Assembly (NCBI GenBank): GCA_963616565.1
Contig: CAVEKX010000005.1
Coordinates: 12,127 to 76,126 of the forward strand
DNA from: Clostridium sp. CAG:343
GTDB lineage: Bacteria; Bacteroidota; Bacteroidia; Bacteroidales; Marinilabiliaceae
Direction: 5' to 3'
DNA: 64,000 nt
Positions 1 through 9,421 of the stretch are shown here, in pieces. How positions within the stretch are numbered: position 1 is the first letter of the stretch; every line of letters begins with the position of its first letter. The notes beneath the pieces were generated by a model. The model did not search any database, had not been told where the DNA came from, and worked only from the letters and a program-made list of their open reading frames with translations. Made by a program: the position numbers and the translations under genes.

Positions 1-315
1 GCTTCATGGTGTGGACCATGCCGCATGGAGATGCCTACCGTGCGCCGCGCCTACGAATATTTCCACTCCAAAGGTCTCGAAATCGTCGGCGTTTCGTTGG
101 ACAACAACAAGCAGTCGTGGGAGAAAGCCATAGAGACCCTCAATATGTCATGGGTTCAGCTCTCAGACCTCAAAGGCTGGCGCTGCGAGCCTGCGCAACT
201 TTATGGCGTCCACTCAATCCCCTCCTGCATCCTCATCTCGCAAGATGGCACAATCCTCGCTAAGGATCTTCGAGGCGAGCAACTCATACAGACGCTGATC
301 AAAGTGTTGAAGTAA
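1..315 (+). CDS. Thioredoxin-fold thiol:disulfide oxidoreductase (TlpA/ResA/AhpC-TSA-like), 5' end cut by window edge
   Basis: Frame 1 is open from nt 1. Nt 7-21 translate to WCGPC (CxxC redox motif). The rest (GLEIVGVSLD, YGVHSIPSCILISQDGTI) follows the usual TlpA-like pattern. Stop at 313-315. Confidence 0.8.
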   Translation, partial: ASWCGPCRMEMPTVRRAYEYFHSKGLEIVGVSLDNNKQSWEKAIETLNMSWVQLSDLKGWRCEPAQLYGVHSIPSCILISQDGTILAKDLRGEQLIQTLIKVLK

Positions 316-342
316 GGTAGGCTCTTTTTCACTAAAATGATG

Positions 343-350
343 TACATTTG
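343..350 (+). promoter_or_regulatory. Candidate Bacteroidota sigma-A -7 box (TACATTTG)
   Basis: Matches the TAnnTTTG consensus, 34 nt upstream of the ATG at 384. Confidence 0.35.
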
Positions 351-383
351 TCGTCACGTCACTTTTGACACAGCTAACTAATA

Positions 384-1322
384 ATGACGCCCACTTTTTC
401 CATCATAATTCCGCACCACAACATCCCCCGACTTCTCGAGCGCTGCTTGGCTTCCATCCCCATGCGAGACGACCTCGAGGTCATCGTAGTTGATGACAAT
501 AGCGACCCCACGGTAGTCGATTTCGACAACTTCCCCGGTCACGACCGCAAGGACGTCAAGCTCATCTTCAGCAAAGAAGGCAAATGGGCAGGCGCGGCTC
601 GCAACAAGGGCATCGAGGCAGCAACTGGCAAATGGCTCCTCTTCGCCGACGCCGACGACTTCTTCAACTATTGCCTGTCGGACATGCTCGACAAATATGC
701 CGACTCCGATGCCGACATCGTCTTCTTCCGTGCCAACAGCCTCGACTCCGAACTCTACTGCGCATCCGCACAGACCGAGCGTCGCACCCGCCACATAAAC
801 CGATACTTCCAGAAATACTTTAGTGGCGACCCCGAAGGCGAACTCCTCCTCCGCTACGCATGGGGCGAGCCATGGGCCAAGCTCTACCGCGCGCAAATGG
901 TCCGCGACCACTCCATCCGTTTCGATATCACGCCTATCCACGAGGACACCATATTTACCTACCTCTCTGGCTACCACGCCCGCACCATTGCGGCAGACCC
1001 ACACTGCCTCTATTGCGTCACCTACCGCCCAGGCTCCCTCAGCCTCACCGTCAGCGACTCGAAAACCCTCGCTGCCGTCGACATCTTCGCTCGCAAAGAA
1101 AAGTTCATCAAGGAGATAGGCGTGAAATATAAGGATGGCATCGACAGCATGCACTACGTCTCCATAGCCGAGGCATGGAACGCGTCGCGCCCCCTCTACA
1201 CCCAAGCCCTCGAGGTCGCCCACAAAAGCCTCCCCGACAACCTCCACTTCCGCCTCACGACCAGCTTCTTCATCCTTAAAAGGATCGTGAAGAACATTAT
1301 AGGGTGGGATAACAAGAAGTAA
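384..1322 (+). CDS. Glycosyltransferase family 2
   Basis: 312-aa ORF with FSIIIPHHNIPRLLERCLASIP, VIVVDDNSD and LLFADADDFF (DxD), typical of GT-A/GT2 enzymes. Confidence 0.85.
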   Translation: MTPTFSIIIPHHNIPRLLERCLASIPMRDDLEVIVVDDNSDPTVVDFDNFPGHDRKDVKLIFSKEGKWAGAARNKGIEAATGKWLLFADADDFFNYCLSDMLDKYADSDADIVFFRANSLDSELYCASAQTERRTRHINRYFQKYFSGDPEGELLLRYAWGEPWAKLYRAQMVRDHSIRFDITPIHEDTIFTYLSGYHARTIAADPHCLYCVTYRPGSLSLTVSDSKTLAAVDIFARKEKFIKEIGVKYKDGIDSMHYVSIAEAWNASRPLYTQALEVAHKSLPDNLHFRLTTSFFILKRIVKNIIGWDNKK

Positions 1323-1336
1323 CGCAAGCACATAAG

Positions 1337-2458
1337 TTGGCAATATATTTCGTCATATTCTTTTTTTCGTCCATTCTTCTTTTCATGATGGACAAGGTGC
1401 GAGAGAAAAACCAATTTCTCTCTTTTCCTTTCTTTTTTATAACGTTGCTACCACTCTCCTTAATCGGTGGCTTACGCAATCCCGAGATGACGTATGATTT
1501 CTTTTACTATTGCGCAGGACATTTTAAAATGGCTGTGGCCATGGATAGTTTAGGAGAATTTATCGAATACGTTGGAGGTGGAGAATGGGCTTATTCTATG
1601 TTGATATACACGACCGCCGCATTCTCCAACGACTACCACGTAGTTATGTTCGTATTGACGTTTTTCACTATGGGAATGGCCCTATGGGCTGCGATGAGAA
1701 CTTCAGATAAGGCTCCCGTCTTTATCACATTCACACTTTTCCTGTTGTTCAACTACGTAAACAGCTTCAATCTTATCAGACAGAGTTTAGCTGTTTCTTC
1801 GGTCTGGTTGGCGTATTCATACTACAAAGGCAGGAATGGAGGACTCGCTTTTTGGCTATTAGCAATAGTGTCCTTTGGCTTCCATAAATCTTCCATCGCT
1901 GCAATTGCGGTTATATGGGCAGCTAATTATTTTTCTTTTTGTAAAAACCCGAGAAAAACGTTACTCTTAGTCACAATTGCTGCCATTGTGGGAGCCTTAT
2001 CTTTACAGCTCTTGATTAGCCTTTTAGCTCAAAGTATACCAATGTTCGAAAAATACATGATATACGTCACAGGAGACACTGCTGCAAGATGGGCCCGCCC
2101 AACCGTCAATAAGTCGTTTATCATCCTGACAATTATAAGCTTATCTGTTTCTTTATTTGCCCTACGCACTAAAATAATCGAATTCAGGTCATTTTTCGTT
2201 TGTATCGTATTGATTTATGCGCTCGCCTGCGGGACGTCATTCGGTAGATTTACAGAAAGTGCCACAAGGTTGTGTTTGTTTTTTGTTCCCTTAGTGTGCG
2301 TTAAGATGGCGGAGATTTTCTCCTCACGCACGGGTGACGTTTCCGTCGGGACAAAAACCATATGCCAAACAGTACTCGTCTTAGCTTTTATTGCATTTTG
2401 CATAAACAACGCCAGGCTTGCCAACTACTTTTACTCTTCTCGCATCCTCGGTTTCTGA
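1337..2458 (+). CDS. Polytopic membrane protein, EpsG/O-antigen-polymerase-like
   Basis: 373-aa ORF that is almost entirely hydrophobic segments with no soluble domain. It sits inside a glycosyltransferase cluster. Family assignment is by overall pattern only. Confidence 0.55.
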   Translation: MAIYFVIFFFSSILLFMMDKVREKNQFLSFPFFFITLLPLSLIGGLRNPEMTYDFFYYCAGHFKMAVAMDSLGEFIEYVGGGEWAYSMLIYTTAAFSNDYHVVMFVLTFFTMGMALWAAMRTSDKAPVFITFTLFLLFNYVNSFNLIRQSLAVSSVWLAYSYYKGRNGGLAFWLLAIVSFGFHKSSIAAIAVIWAANYFSFCKNPRKTLLLVTIAAIVGALSLQLLISLLAQSIPMFEKYMIYVTGDTAARWARPTVNKSFIILTIISLSVSLFALRTKIIEFRSFFVCIVLIYALACGTSFGRFTESATRLCLFFVPLVCVKMAEIFSSRTGDVSVGTKTICQTVLVLAFIAFCINNARLANYFYSSRILGF

Positions 2459-2487
2459 TTGATCATTTCCTCATCATAAATCCACCT

Positions 2488-3510
2488 ATGTCACAAACCC
2501 TTCTATCTATAATTATCCCCACATACAACATGGAGTCCCTCCTCCCCCAATGCCTCGACTCCGTGTGCCTGCAAGATCTTGCAGGGCGACTGCAAGTGTT
2601 TGTCGTAAACGACGGCAGCAAAGACCGTTCTCTCCAAATCGCAACCGGTTATAAATCCCGCTTTCCAGACATCGTCACCATCATCGACAAAGAGAATGGT
2701 AATTACGGCTCCTGCATAAATGCGGCTCTCAAGGTTGTCGACAGCAAGTACGTCAAAATTCTCGATGCCGATGACTGGTTTGACTCCGACGCTCTAAGGA
2801 ACGTTGTCTATGCTCTGCAACAAACCGAGACCGACCTCGTCTACACCCCCTTCGTCGTCGAGCATATCAACTCCGGAAAGAGAGCCAACAAGTCACGTAC
2901 CACGCCATGGGAGTTCACAACCGGTCAAATTGCGGAAATCAAGCTAAATCAAAATGAGGTAGATTCTGTTTTCTGCATGCACTCCCTTATGGTGCGCACT
3001 GATTTACTCCGCAAAATAGGCTACCGACAGACTGAAGGCATCTCATATACCGATATGGAATATGTCTTCTACCCGCTGATTAATGCTGACACAATCACCA
3101 TTTTGGATCATTATCTGTACCATTACCGAGTCGGACGCGAAGGACAAACAGTATCTATCGAAGCAACCCGAAAGCATGCAGACAACAGACGCATTATTGT
3201 TGAGCGCATGATTGATTATGTCGCAAACAACAAACTGCAACTTCGTGACTTAGACAAAGCCTTCTTTACCGTGTGCATTGCATCCTACTATTGGACAGTA
3301 TTAGCAATCAAAAAGTCAACTGATGCCGACTTGACCACACTTAAAAGAATCGATGACAACTTGAAGGTCGCCGCCCCAGACGTATACCATAAGTTAGATG
3401 CAATCCAATGTATTAAGATTAAGTACATAAAGAACTGGCGACGCACTGGCACCAACCTCTTCCCCCATAGGTTATATTGCCTTCTGCGTTCTATTTTCGT
3501 TGACATGTAA
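2488..3510 (+). CDS. Glycosyltransferase family 2
   Basis: The ORF track starts at 2362, but those codons partly overlap the upstream gene. The ATG at 2488 gives MSQTLLSIIIPTYNMESLL, VFVVNDGSKD and ILDADDW (DxD). Confidence 0.85.
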   Translation: MSQTLLSIIIPTYNMESLLPQCLDSVCLQDLAGRLQVFVVNDGSKDRSLQIATGYKSRFPDIVTIIDKENGNYGSCINAALKVVDSKYVKILDADDWFDSDALRNVVYALQQTETDLVYTPFVVEHINSGKRANKSRTTPWEFTTGQIAEIKLNQNEVDSVFCMHSLMVRTDLLRKIGYRQTEGISYTDMEYVFYPLINADTITILDHYLYHYRVGREGQTVSIEATRKHADNRRIIVERMIDYVANNKLQLRDLDKAFFTVCIASYYWTVLAIKKSTDADLTTLKRIDDNLKVAAPDVYHKLDAIQCIKIKYIKNWRRTGTNLFPHRLYCLLRSIFVDM

Positions 3511-3521
3511 TTTGTCCTTCC

Positions 3522-4730
3522 ATGAGTATTAAGAACGTCATTTTAATCAACGACTTCGGCACCCTCAATGGTGGCGTCGCGTTTGTGGCTCTGAGCAGCG
3601 CAATAGGGTTGGTAAAGGCAGGTGTCAATGTGACACTTCTAACCGCCACCCCTCCTGCCGACTCCTCTCTCGCCGACGCTGGCGTCAACGTCATCTGCAC
3701 TCACCAAAACGACATACTTTCCGAGCCTAATCGTCTGAAAGCTGCCACATATGGCATTTATAACCCAGTAGCTGCAAAGACACTCAGCGATATTCTTGCG
3801 CCTCTTTCCCCCAAGGATACTATCGTCCACGTCCATGGCTGGATGAAGTCTCTATCCCCTTCAATTTTCAAGGTGACGAAAAAGTGGGGTGGTAAGGTCT
3901 TCCTCACTAATCACGATTTCTTTTCCGTATGCCCCAATGGCGGGCTTTTCAACTATCAGACCCATAAAGCCTGCCATCTGAAAGCAGGCTCCATGCGTTG
4001 CGCGTTGTGCAACTGTGACTCAAGAAGTTACGCTCAAAAGATATGGCGTTTCATCAGGACAAAAGTTCAAGATCGCCTCTTATGGCAAAATGATCTACAC
4101 AACATAGTAATCTCACAAGCAAGTAGCGATCTTTTAGCCCCTTATTTCAGCGGCCGCAAGCTCTCCGCCTCACGTATAGACAACCCAGTCGACATTGCCA
4201 CCACTGGCTGCATGGCAAACGTCAAGGATAATTCTTATTTCATGTTCCTTGGCCGACTCTCAAAAGAAAAGGGTGCCGACATGTTCTGCGAGGCTGTCTC
4301 CCAATTAGGTGTCGACGGTGTCGTCGTTGGCGAGGGTCCTCTGTTCTCCACCCTGCGAGACAAATACACATCTATAAATTTTACAGGTTGGAAAAACGGA
4401 GCGGAGAAAGAGTCTCTGCTCAATGGAGCCAAGGCGCTTGTGCTTCCATCTATATTGAACGAGACCTTCGGTCTTGTTGTTACTGAAGCCATGTCCCGCG
4501 GAGTTCCCTGCATCGTTCCCGCCCAGACAGCCCCTGCCGAGAACATAATAGACGGCAAGACTGGCTTCCTCTTCACGCAAGGCGACCTCGAAAGCTTGAA
4601 AGAGACAATCAGAAAAGCGGCCTCCGCTGACCTCTCCGTCATGCAATCAGAGATAAAATCATCCTTCTCTCCTGAAAGATGGTCAATCTCTACGCACGTC
4701 GCAAATCTCCTGAAGCTGTACAATTCTTAG
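3522..4730 (+). CDS. Glycosyltransferase, GT-B fold (family 4-like)
   Basis: 402 aa. The C-terminal half has FMFLGRLSKEKG and LVLPSILNETFGLVVTEAMSRGVPCIV (E-x7-E type motif). Confidence 0.8.
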   Translation: MSIKNVILINDFGTLNGGVAFVALSSAIGLVKAGVNVTLLTATPPADSSLADAGVNVICTHQNDILSEPNRLKAATYGIYNPVAAKTLSDILAPLSPKDTIVHVHGWMKSLSPSIFKVTKKWGGKVFLTNHDFFSVCPNGGLFNYQTHKACHLKAGSMRCALCNCDSRSYAQKIWRFIRTKVQDRLLWQNDLHNIVISQASSDLLAPYFSGRKLSASRIDNPVDIATTGCMANVKDNSYFMFLGRLSKEKGADMFCEAVSQLGVDGVVVGEGPLFSTLRDKYTSINFTGWKNGAEKESLLNGAKALVLPSILNETFGLVVTEAMSRGVPCIVPAQTAPAENIIDGKTGFLFTQGDLESLKETIRKAASADLSVMQSEIKSSFSPERWSISTHVANLLKLYNS

Positions 4731-4753
4731 TATCCGCCATATTGTCAGTTTTT

Positions 4754-4762
4754 CCCCCCCCC
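4754..4762. repeat. Homopolymeric C9 tract in the intergenic region
   Basis: Read directly: ...cagttttt CCCCCCCCC aggcagc..., between the two GT4 genes. Confidence 0.9.
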
Positions 4763-4787
4763 AGGCAGCTTAATGATTGAAATGTAT

Positions 4788-4795
4788 TAACTTTG
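4788..4795 (+). promoter_or_regulatory. Candidate -7 box (TAACTTTG)
   Basis: Matches TAnnTTTG. It lies 26 nt downstream of the C9 tract but about 190 nt upstream of the ATG at 4989, so a long leader would be implied. Confidence 0.25.
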
Positions 4796-4988
4796 CGAAA
4801 CTTGACCGCACGTCGGTGGCAAGCCATCATATCATCAAGCATTTTGAAATCGCCAACACTTCCAATATATATGACGCTCCTGCGTACCAAACACATAACC
4901 TCATAACAACTTCCCCGCCTCCTTTGGGGATCTGTATCTATAATTACTTCGACAAAACCACAAGCAAATTGGCATAACTAATGTTGGC

Positions 4989-6146
4989 ATGGCTGACGAA
5001 ATGAACAAACAAAACAAACAAACTTCTGTTTTTCACATCCTCGAATGCGATGGCGGAGGTGTGGTCAAGTATGCGCAGATGCTCACGCCAAGGTTTCGCG
5101 ATGCGGGCATTCGCCAACAGATCGTTTGCCATAAGCATGCCGTGGATAGTTTCGTAAGGGAGGGGCTCATTGCCTTTCCGTCTCCAATGGAAAGGACGCT
5201 TTCCCCAATTTCCATATTGGGGATAATACGCCAACTTCGACGGAAGATAAAAGAGAGCAAGTGCGATATCGTCTACTGCCACAGCTCCTTTGCTGGCGTT
5301 TTCGGAAGGTTGGCAGCCTGGGGACTTAAACGCAAGGTGATATACAATCCCCACGGCTGGTCATTCAAAATCAATTCTACTGCCAAAGTGGTGCGCACCA
5401 TGACAATCTTTGTCGAGAGGTGCCTCGCCTCTCTCACGGATGTCATCGTTTGCGTCTCAAACTCAGAAAAAGACGATGCCATTAAGCACCATATATGCAA
5501 CCCTAAAAAGTTGCAGGTGATAGAGAATGGAGTCGACTTAGAGCGCATAAAAGCGTCCACTAAGACAGATAGGCAGACGCTTGGTTTCTCTGACGATGAC
5601 TATGTCGTCGGCATGGTTGGAAGAATTTCCGAACAGAAAGCCCCAGACACCTTCATCCACGCGGCCAAACTAATCAAGGAGGTCATACCAAACGCAGTCT
5701 TCCTCATCGTAGGAGATGGAGAAGATCGTGAAACGATAGAGACCTATGCCAAGGACAATAATTTGAAACTCAGCGTAACAGGATGGGTCGAAAATCCATA
5801 TTCGTTCATGAAAATAATGAATGTGGCACTTCTCCTTTCCCGTTGGGAGGGGTTGCCTCTCGTCCTTCCTGAATTTATGGCGGCAGGAGTTAATGTCGTA
5901 GCTACTAAGATCGACTCAATAGCGCCTCTCATATCCGACCATAAAAATGGTCTGCTTGTCGACCTTGACTCTCCATTGCAAGTTCGCGACATGGTGCTTT
6001 GGCTGCACGACAACCCAGTCGAAGCTGAAAGAATCAAGAACGAGGCGATTAGCGGGCTTGACAAATACGACATTTCAAGGGTATGCGAACAACACATCGC
6101 CCTTTTTCACAACCTGTTGCACAATCTTATCACATATAAAAGCTAA
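4989..6146 (+). CDS. Glycosyltransferase, GT-B fold (family 4-like)
   Basis: 385 aa with VGMVGRISEQKAPD and LLLSRWEGLPLVLPEFMAAGVNVVAT (E-x7-E type motif). Confidence 0.8.
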   Translation: MADEMNKQNKQTSVFHILECDGGGVVKYAQMLTPRFRDAGIRQQIVCHKHAVDSFVREGLIAFPSPMERTLSPISILGIIRQLRRKIKESKCDIVYCHSSFAGVFGRLAAWGLKRKVIYNPHGWSFKINSTAKVVRTMTIFVERCLASLTDVIVCVSNSEKDDAIKHHICNPKKLQVIENGVDLERIKASTKTDRQTLGFSDDDYVVGMVGRISEQKAPDTFIHAAKLIKEVIPNAVFLIVGDGEDRETIETYAKDNNLKLSVTGWVENPYSFMKIMNVALLLSRWEGLPLVLPEFMAAGVNVVATKIDSIAPLISDHKNGLLVDLDSPLQVRDMVLWLHDNPVEAERIKNEAISGLDKYDISRVCEQHIALFHNLLHNLITYKS

Positions 6147-6161
6147 CTCATAACCGGTCAG

Positions 6162-7130
6162 ATGCAATACTTCATTTTTGGTGGCAGCGGCTTCATAGGC
6201 ACGCACTTGACAAAACTGATCCTCCAAGATCAGAGCGACGCCAAGGTCTACAACCTCGACATCGTCAAGTCCGACCATGATGGTCTCTCTACCTACATCA
6301 ACTCCGACGTCCGCCAGCAAATCACCATCCCCAACAGCATCACGCCCACTCCCGACGACGTCGTCATCAACCTCGCTGCCATACACCGCACGCCGGGACA
6401 TCCCGACCACGCCTACTTCGAGACAAATATCCGCGGGGCCGAGAACGTCACCGCCTTCGCGGACAAATATGGCATCCGACGCATGGTCTTCACCAGCAGC
6501 ATAGCCCCCTATGCGGCATCCGAGGAGGAGAAATATGAAGACACCCTCCCCACGCCCAACACCCCCTACGGCATCTCCAAACTCGTAGCCGAGCACATCC
6601 ACCGCGAGTGGCAACAAGCTGACCCCAACCGTCAGCTCACCATCCTCCGCCCAGGCGTCATCTTCGGCTATGGCGAGCACGGCAACTTCACCCGTCTCTA
6701 CAAGAGCCTCAGCCGCCACATGTTCGCCTTCCCCGGGCGCAAGGACACCATCAAAGCCTGCTTCTACGTCAAAGACCTCGCCGGCTTCATCCTCTACCGC
6801 CTCAAAAACCACGGCAGCGGAGCAGAGCTTTTCAACTGCACCTACGAGCCGGCCTACACCATAGGTCATATCGTCGAGCATATCAAGAGCGTCACTGGCG
6901 TCAAATCATGGGCTCCGCTCATCCCAACATGGCTCCTCATGCCCGTAGCCTACGTCGCACTCATCCTCGGCTCCCCCATGGGCATCTGCCCCGCACGCGT
7001 CCGCAAGCTCATGATTTCCACCAACATCTGCGGCAAGAAATTGGCAGAGAGCGGCTACCAAATCAAGTACCCTCTCGACAAGGCTTTCGCCGATTGGATG
7101 AAAGACTCAGGCGGCAAAGAGCTTCTCTAA
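6162..7130 (+). CDS. NAD-dependent epimerase/dehydratase family protein
   Basis: 322 aa with an N-terminal Rossmann motif FIFGGSGFIGTHL and YGISK (YxxxK) of extended SDRs. Confidence 0.85.
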   Translation: MQYFIFGGSGFIGTHLTKLILQDQSDAKVYNLDIVKSDHDGLSTYINSDVRQQITIPNSITPTPDDVVINLAAIHRTPGHPDHAYFETNIRGAENVTAFADKYGIRRMVFTSSIAPYAASEEEKYEDTLPTPNTPYGISKLVAEHIHREWQQADPNRQLTILRPGVIFGYGEHGNFTRLYKSLSRHMFAFPGRKDTIKACFYVKDLAGFILYRLKNHGSGAELFNCTYEPAYTIGHIVEHIKSVTGVKSWAPLIPTWLLMPVAYVALILGSPMGICPARVRKLMISTNICGKKLAESGYQIKYPLDKAFADWMKDSGGKELL

Positions 7131-7163
7131 GAAGACCATCATACTCAACCTTACCGATATAAT

Positions 7164-7205
7164 TTCCCCTCGCCAATCACACTGACTGGCGAGGGGAAAC
7201 TTTTT
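7164..7205 (+). terminator. Rho-independent terminator of the glycan locus
   Basis: ttcccctcgcc / ggcgaggggaa 11-bp stem followed by a TTTTT run (7201-7205), 34 nt after the epimerase stop. Confidence 0.6.
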
Positions 7206-7230
7206 AAGAGTAAGCCCTTACTACCACATA

Positions 7231-7270
7231 CGAAAAGCCCCCATAACTCAATGTGAACTATGGGGGCTTT
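7231..7270 (-). terminator. Rho-independent terminator of dnaK
   Basis: aaagcccccata / tatgggggcttt stem. On the - strand it is followed by TTTTCG. It lies 34 nt after the dnaK stop. Confidence 0.6.
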
Positions 7271-7303
7271 CTATATGCTTACCTTAATGGGTAGAAGCGT
7301 GGG

Positions 7304-9217
7304 TTATTTGACCTCCTCGAAGTCTACGTCGGTGACGTCGTCGCCTGCTTTGGAGCCACCTTGTGCGCCACCCTGCTGCTGCGCGCCTGACTGAGGACCA
7401 GCCTGCTGCTGACCTGCGCCTTGAGCGTACATGTCTTGAGAGGCGGCTTGGAAGGCGGTGTTGAGCTTGTTGGAGGCGGCATCGATGGCTGCGATGTCTT
7501 GCTTCTGGTGGGCTTCCTTGAGCTCCTTGAGAGCCTCCTCGATAGGAGCCTTCTTGTCTGCCGGGATCTTGTCGCCGTACTCCTTGAGGCTCTTCTCGGT
7601 CTGGAAGATGAGGCTGTCAGCGCCATTGATCTTCTCGACCTTCTCCTTGGCTGCGTTGTCGGCTGCCTGGTTGGCTTCAGCCTCGGCCTTCATGCGCTTG
7701 ATCTCCTCATCAGAGAGTCCGGACGAAGCCTCGATGCGGATGCTCTGCTCCTTGCCGGTGGCCTTGTCCTTAGCAGTAACGTTGAGGATGCCGTTGGCGT
7801 CGATATCGAAGGTCACCTCGATCTGAGGAACGCCACGTGGAGCGGGTGGGATGTTGTCGAGGTGGAACTGACCGATGGTCTTGTTGTCGCGTGCCATAGG
7901 ACGCTCGCCCTGGAGGACATGGATGTCGACTGAAGGCTGGTTGTCGGAGGCAGTGGAGAAGACTTGGCTCTTGCGAGATGGGATGGTTGTGTTGGCCTCG
8001 ATGAGCTTGGTCATCACGCCGCCCATGGTCTCGATGCCAAGGGAGAGAGGGGTGACGTCGAGGAGGAGGACATCCTTAACCTCGCCGGTGAGGACTGCGC
8101 CTTGGATGGCTGCACCGATTGCGACGACCTCGTCGGGGTTGACGCCCTTGGAAGGCTCTTTGCCGAAGAAGTTCTTGACGGCTGCCTGAATGGCGGGGAT
8201 ACGCGTTGAGCCGCCGACGAGGATGACCTCGTTGATGTCGTTGACGGTGAGACCCGCATTGGCGAGCGCACTACGGCAGGGGGCGATGGTGCGCTGGATG
8301 AGGTCGTCGATGAGTTGCTCGAACTTTGCACGTGTGAGGGTCTTGACGAGGTGCTTAGGCACGCCGCCTTGAGCCGTGATGTAAGGGAGGTTGATCTCGG
8401 AGGAGGTGGTGCTGGAGAGCTCAATCTTGGCCTTCTCGGCAGCCTCTTTGAGACGCTGGAGCGCCATTGGGTCTTGACGGAGGTCGATGCCCTCCTCATT
8501 CTTGAACTCATCGGCAAGCCAGTCGATGATACGATGGTCGAAGTCATCGCCACCGAGGTGGGTATCGCCATCGGTTGCCTTTACCTCGAAGACGCCATCG
8601 CCAAGCTCGAGGACGGAGACATCGTGAGTACCACCACCGCAGTCGAAGACGACGATCTTCTGGTCGCTGTTCTTCTTATCGAGACCGTAGGCGAGAGCGG
8701 CAGCCGTAGGCTCGTTGACGATACGACGGACTTTGAGGCCCGCAATCTCGCCAGCTTCCTTAGTTGCCTGACGCTGAGAGTCGTTGAAGTAGGCTGGAAC
8801 GGTGATGACAGCCTCGGTGACCTCCTGACCAAGGTAGTCCTCAGCGGTCTTCTTCATCTTCTGAAGAATCATTGCGGAAATCTCCTGAGGGGAGTAGAGG
8901 CGGCCGTCGATGTCGACACGAGGAGTGTTGTTGTCTCCACGAACGACGGTATAGGGGACGCGCTCGATCTCCTTAGCAAGACGATCATAGCTCTCGCCCA
9001 TGAAACGCTTGATGGAGTAGACGGTCTTATGTGGGTTGGTGACGGCCTGGCGCTTTGCAGGGTCACCGACTTTACGCTCGCCGCCTTCGACGAAAGCGAC
9101 AACAGAAGGTGTTGTGCGCTTGCCTTCGCTGTTAGCGATGACAACGGGCTCGTTGCCCTCCATGACGGCTACGCAAGAGTTTGTCGTGCCAAGGTCGATA
9201 CCAATAATCTTAGACAT
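7304..9217 (-). CDS. dnaK: Molecular chaperone DnaK (Hsp70)
   Basis: 637 aa with [26 protein letters not shown] and [11 protein letters not shown], a Gly/Gln-rich tail and EEVK-type C-terminus. Confidence 0.98.
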   Translation of the reverse strand: MSKIIGIDLGTTNSCVAVMEGNEPVVIANSEGKRTTPSVVAFVEGGERKVGDPAKRQAVTNPHKTVYSIKRFMGESYDRLAKEIERVPYTVVRGDNNTPRVDIDGRLYSPQEISAMILQKMKKTAEDYLGQEVTEAVITVPAYFNDSQRQATKEAGEIAGLKVRRIVNEPTAAALAYGLDKKNSDQKIVVFDCGGGTHDVSVLELGDGVFEVKATDGDTHLGGDDFDHRIIDWLADEFKNEEGIDLRQDPMALQRLKEAAEKAKIELSSTTSSEINLPYITAQGGVPKHLVKTLTRAKFEQLIDDLIQRTIAPCRSALANAGLTVNDINEVILVGGSTRIPAIQAAVKNFFGKEPSKGVNPDEVVAIGAAIQGAVLTGEVKDVLLLDVTPLSLGIETMGGVMTKLIEANTTIPSRKSQVFSTASDNQPSVDIHVLQGERPMARDNKTIGQFHLDNIPPAPRGVPQIEVTFDIDANGILNVTAKDKATGKEQSIRIEASSGLSDEEIKRMKAEAEANQAADNAAKEKVEKINGADSLIFQTEKSLKEYGDKIPADKKAPIEEALKELKEAHQKQDIAAIDAASNKLNTAFQAASQDMYAQGAGQQQAGPQSGAQQQGGAQGGSKAGDDVTDVDFEEVK

Positions 9218-9421
9218 TGCTGTAATATTTTAAGTTCTTATACTCGATTTACTATTGTGTCCGCATCCCGTTTCCGAGTCGCGGACACTGGCATAATGTC
9301 AAAGGTTGTGCCAAAGTCGGAGATGTGATTTTTTGGCAGAAAAAATATTGGCAATTGCCGCTCGTTGTCAATATGGCAGTGCGAAGGAGGTGAAAGGATG
9401 TGCCAAAATGGCAAGACGGCA

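Noticed and set aside
378-1343. Long ORFs antisense to or overlapping confidently assigned genes. Examples: 378-1343(-), 6075-6881(-), 8315-9328(+), 10335-12500(+), 17499-18455(+), 18400-19896(+), 23930-25024(+), 27346-28578(+), 31957-33477(+), 33493-34575(+), 36453-37166(-), 40004-40765(-), 46309-48465(+), 48374-50407(+), 50494-52191(+), 52227-53480(+), 53646-54863(+), 59798-60445(+), 60796-61812(+).
   Set aside because: Their translations are low-complexity (rich in Gly/Val/Asp/Glu/Ala or Ser/Pro/Thr/Arg) with no recognisable motifs. Each lies opposite a gene with strong family signatures. Such shadow ORFs are expected in GC3-rich coding DNA.
2362-2487. N-terminal extensions offered by the ORF track: 2362 for the GT2, 13746 for the SDR, 20553 for RluA, 28575 for the Wzi-like gene, 37647 for DUF4293, 45626 for GH5, 52185 for SusD, 55478 and 63756 for SusC, and 58512 for the lipoprotein.
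   Set aside because: The extensions overlap upstream genes or precede obvious signal-peptide, lipobox or conserved N-termini. The internal ATGs are supported by -7 boxes at 25-35 nt or by paralogue comparison (MINNQR/MINKQR).
7324-7440. Low-complexity Gly/Gln/Ala tract at the DnaK C-terminus ([22 protein letters not shown]).
   Set aside because: This is a typical variable linker before the conserved C-terminal EEV-type motif of Hsp70s and has no independent significance.
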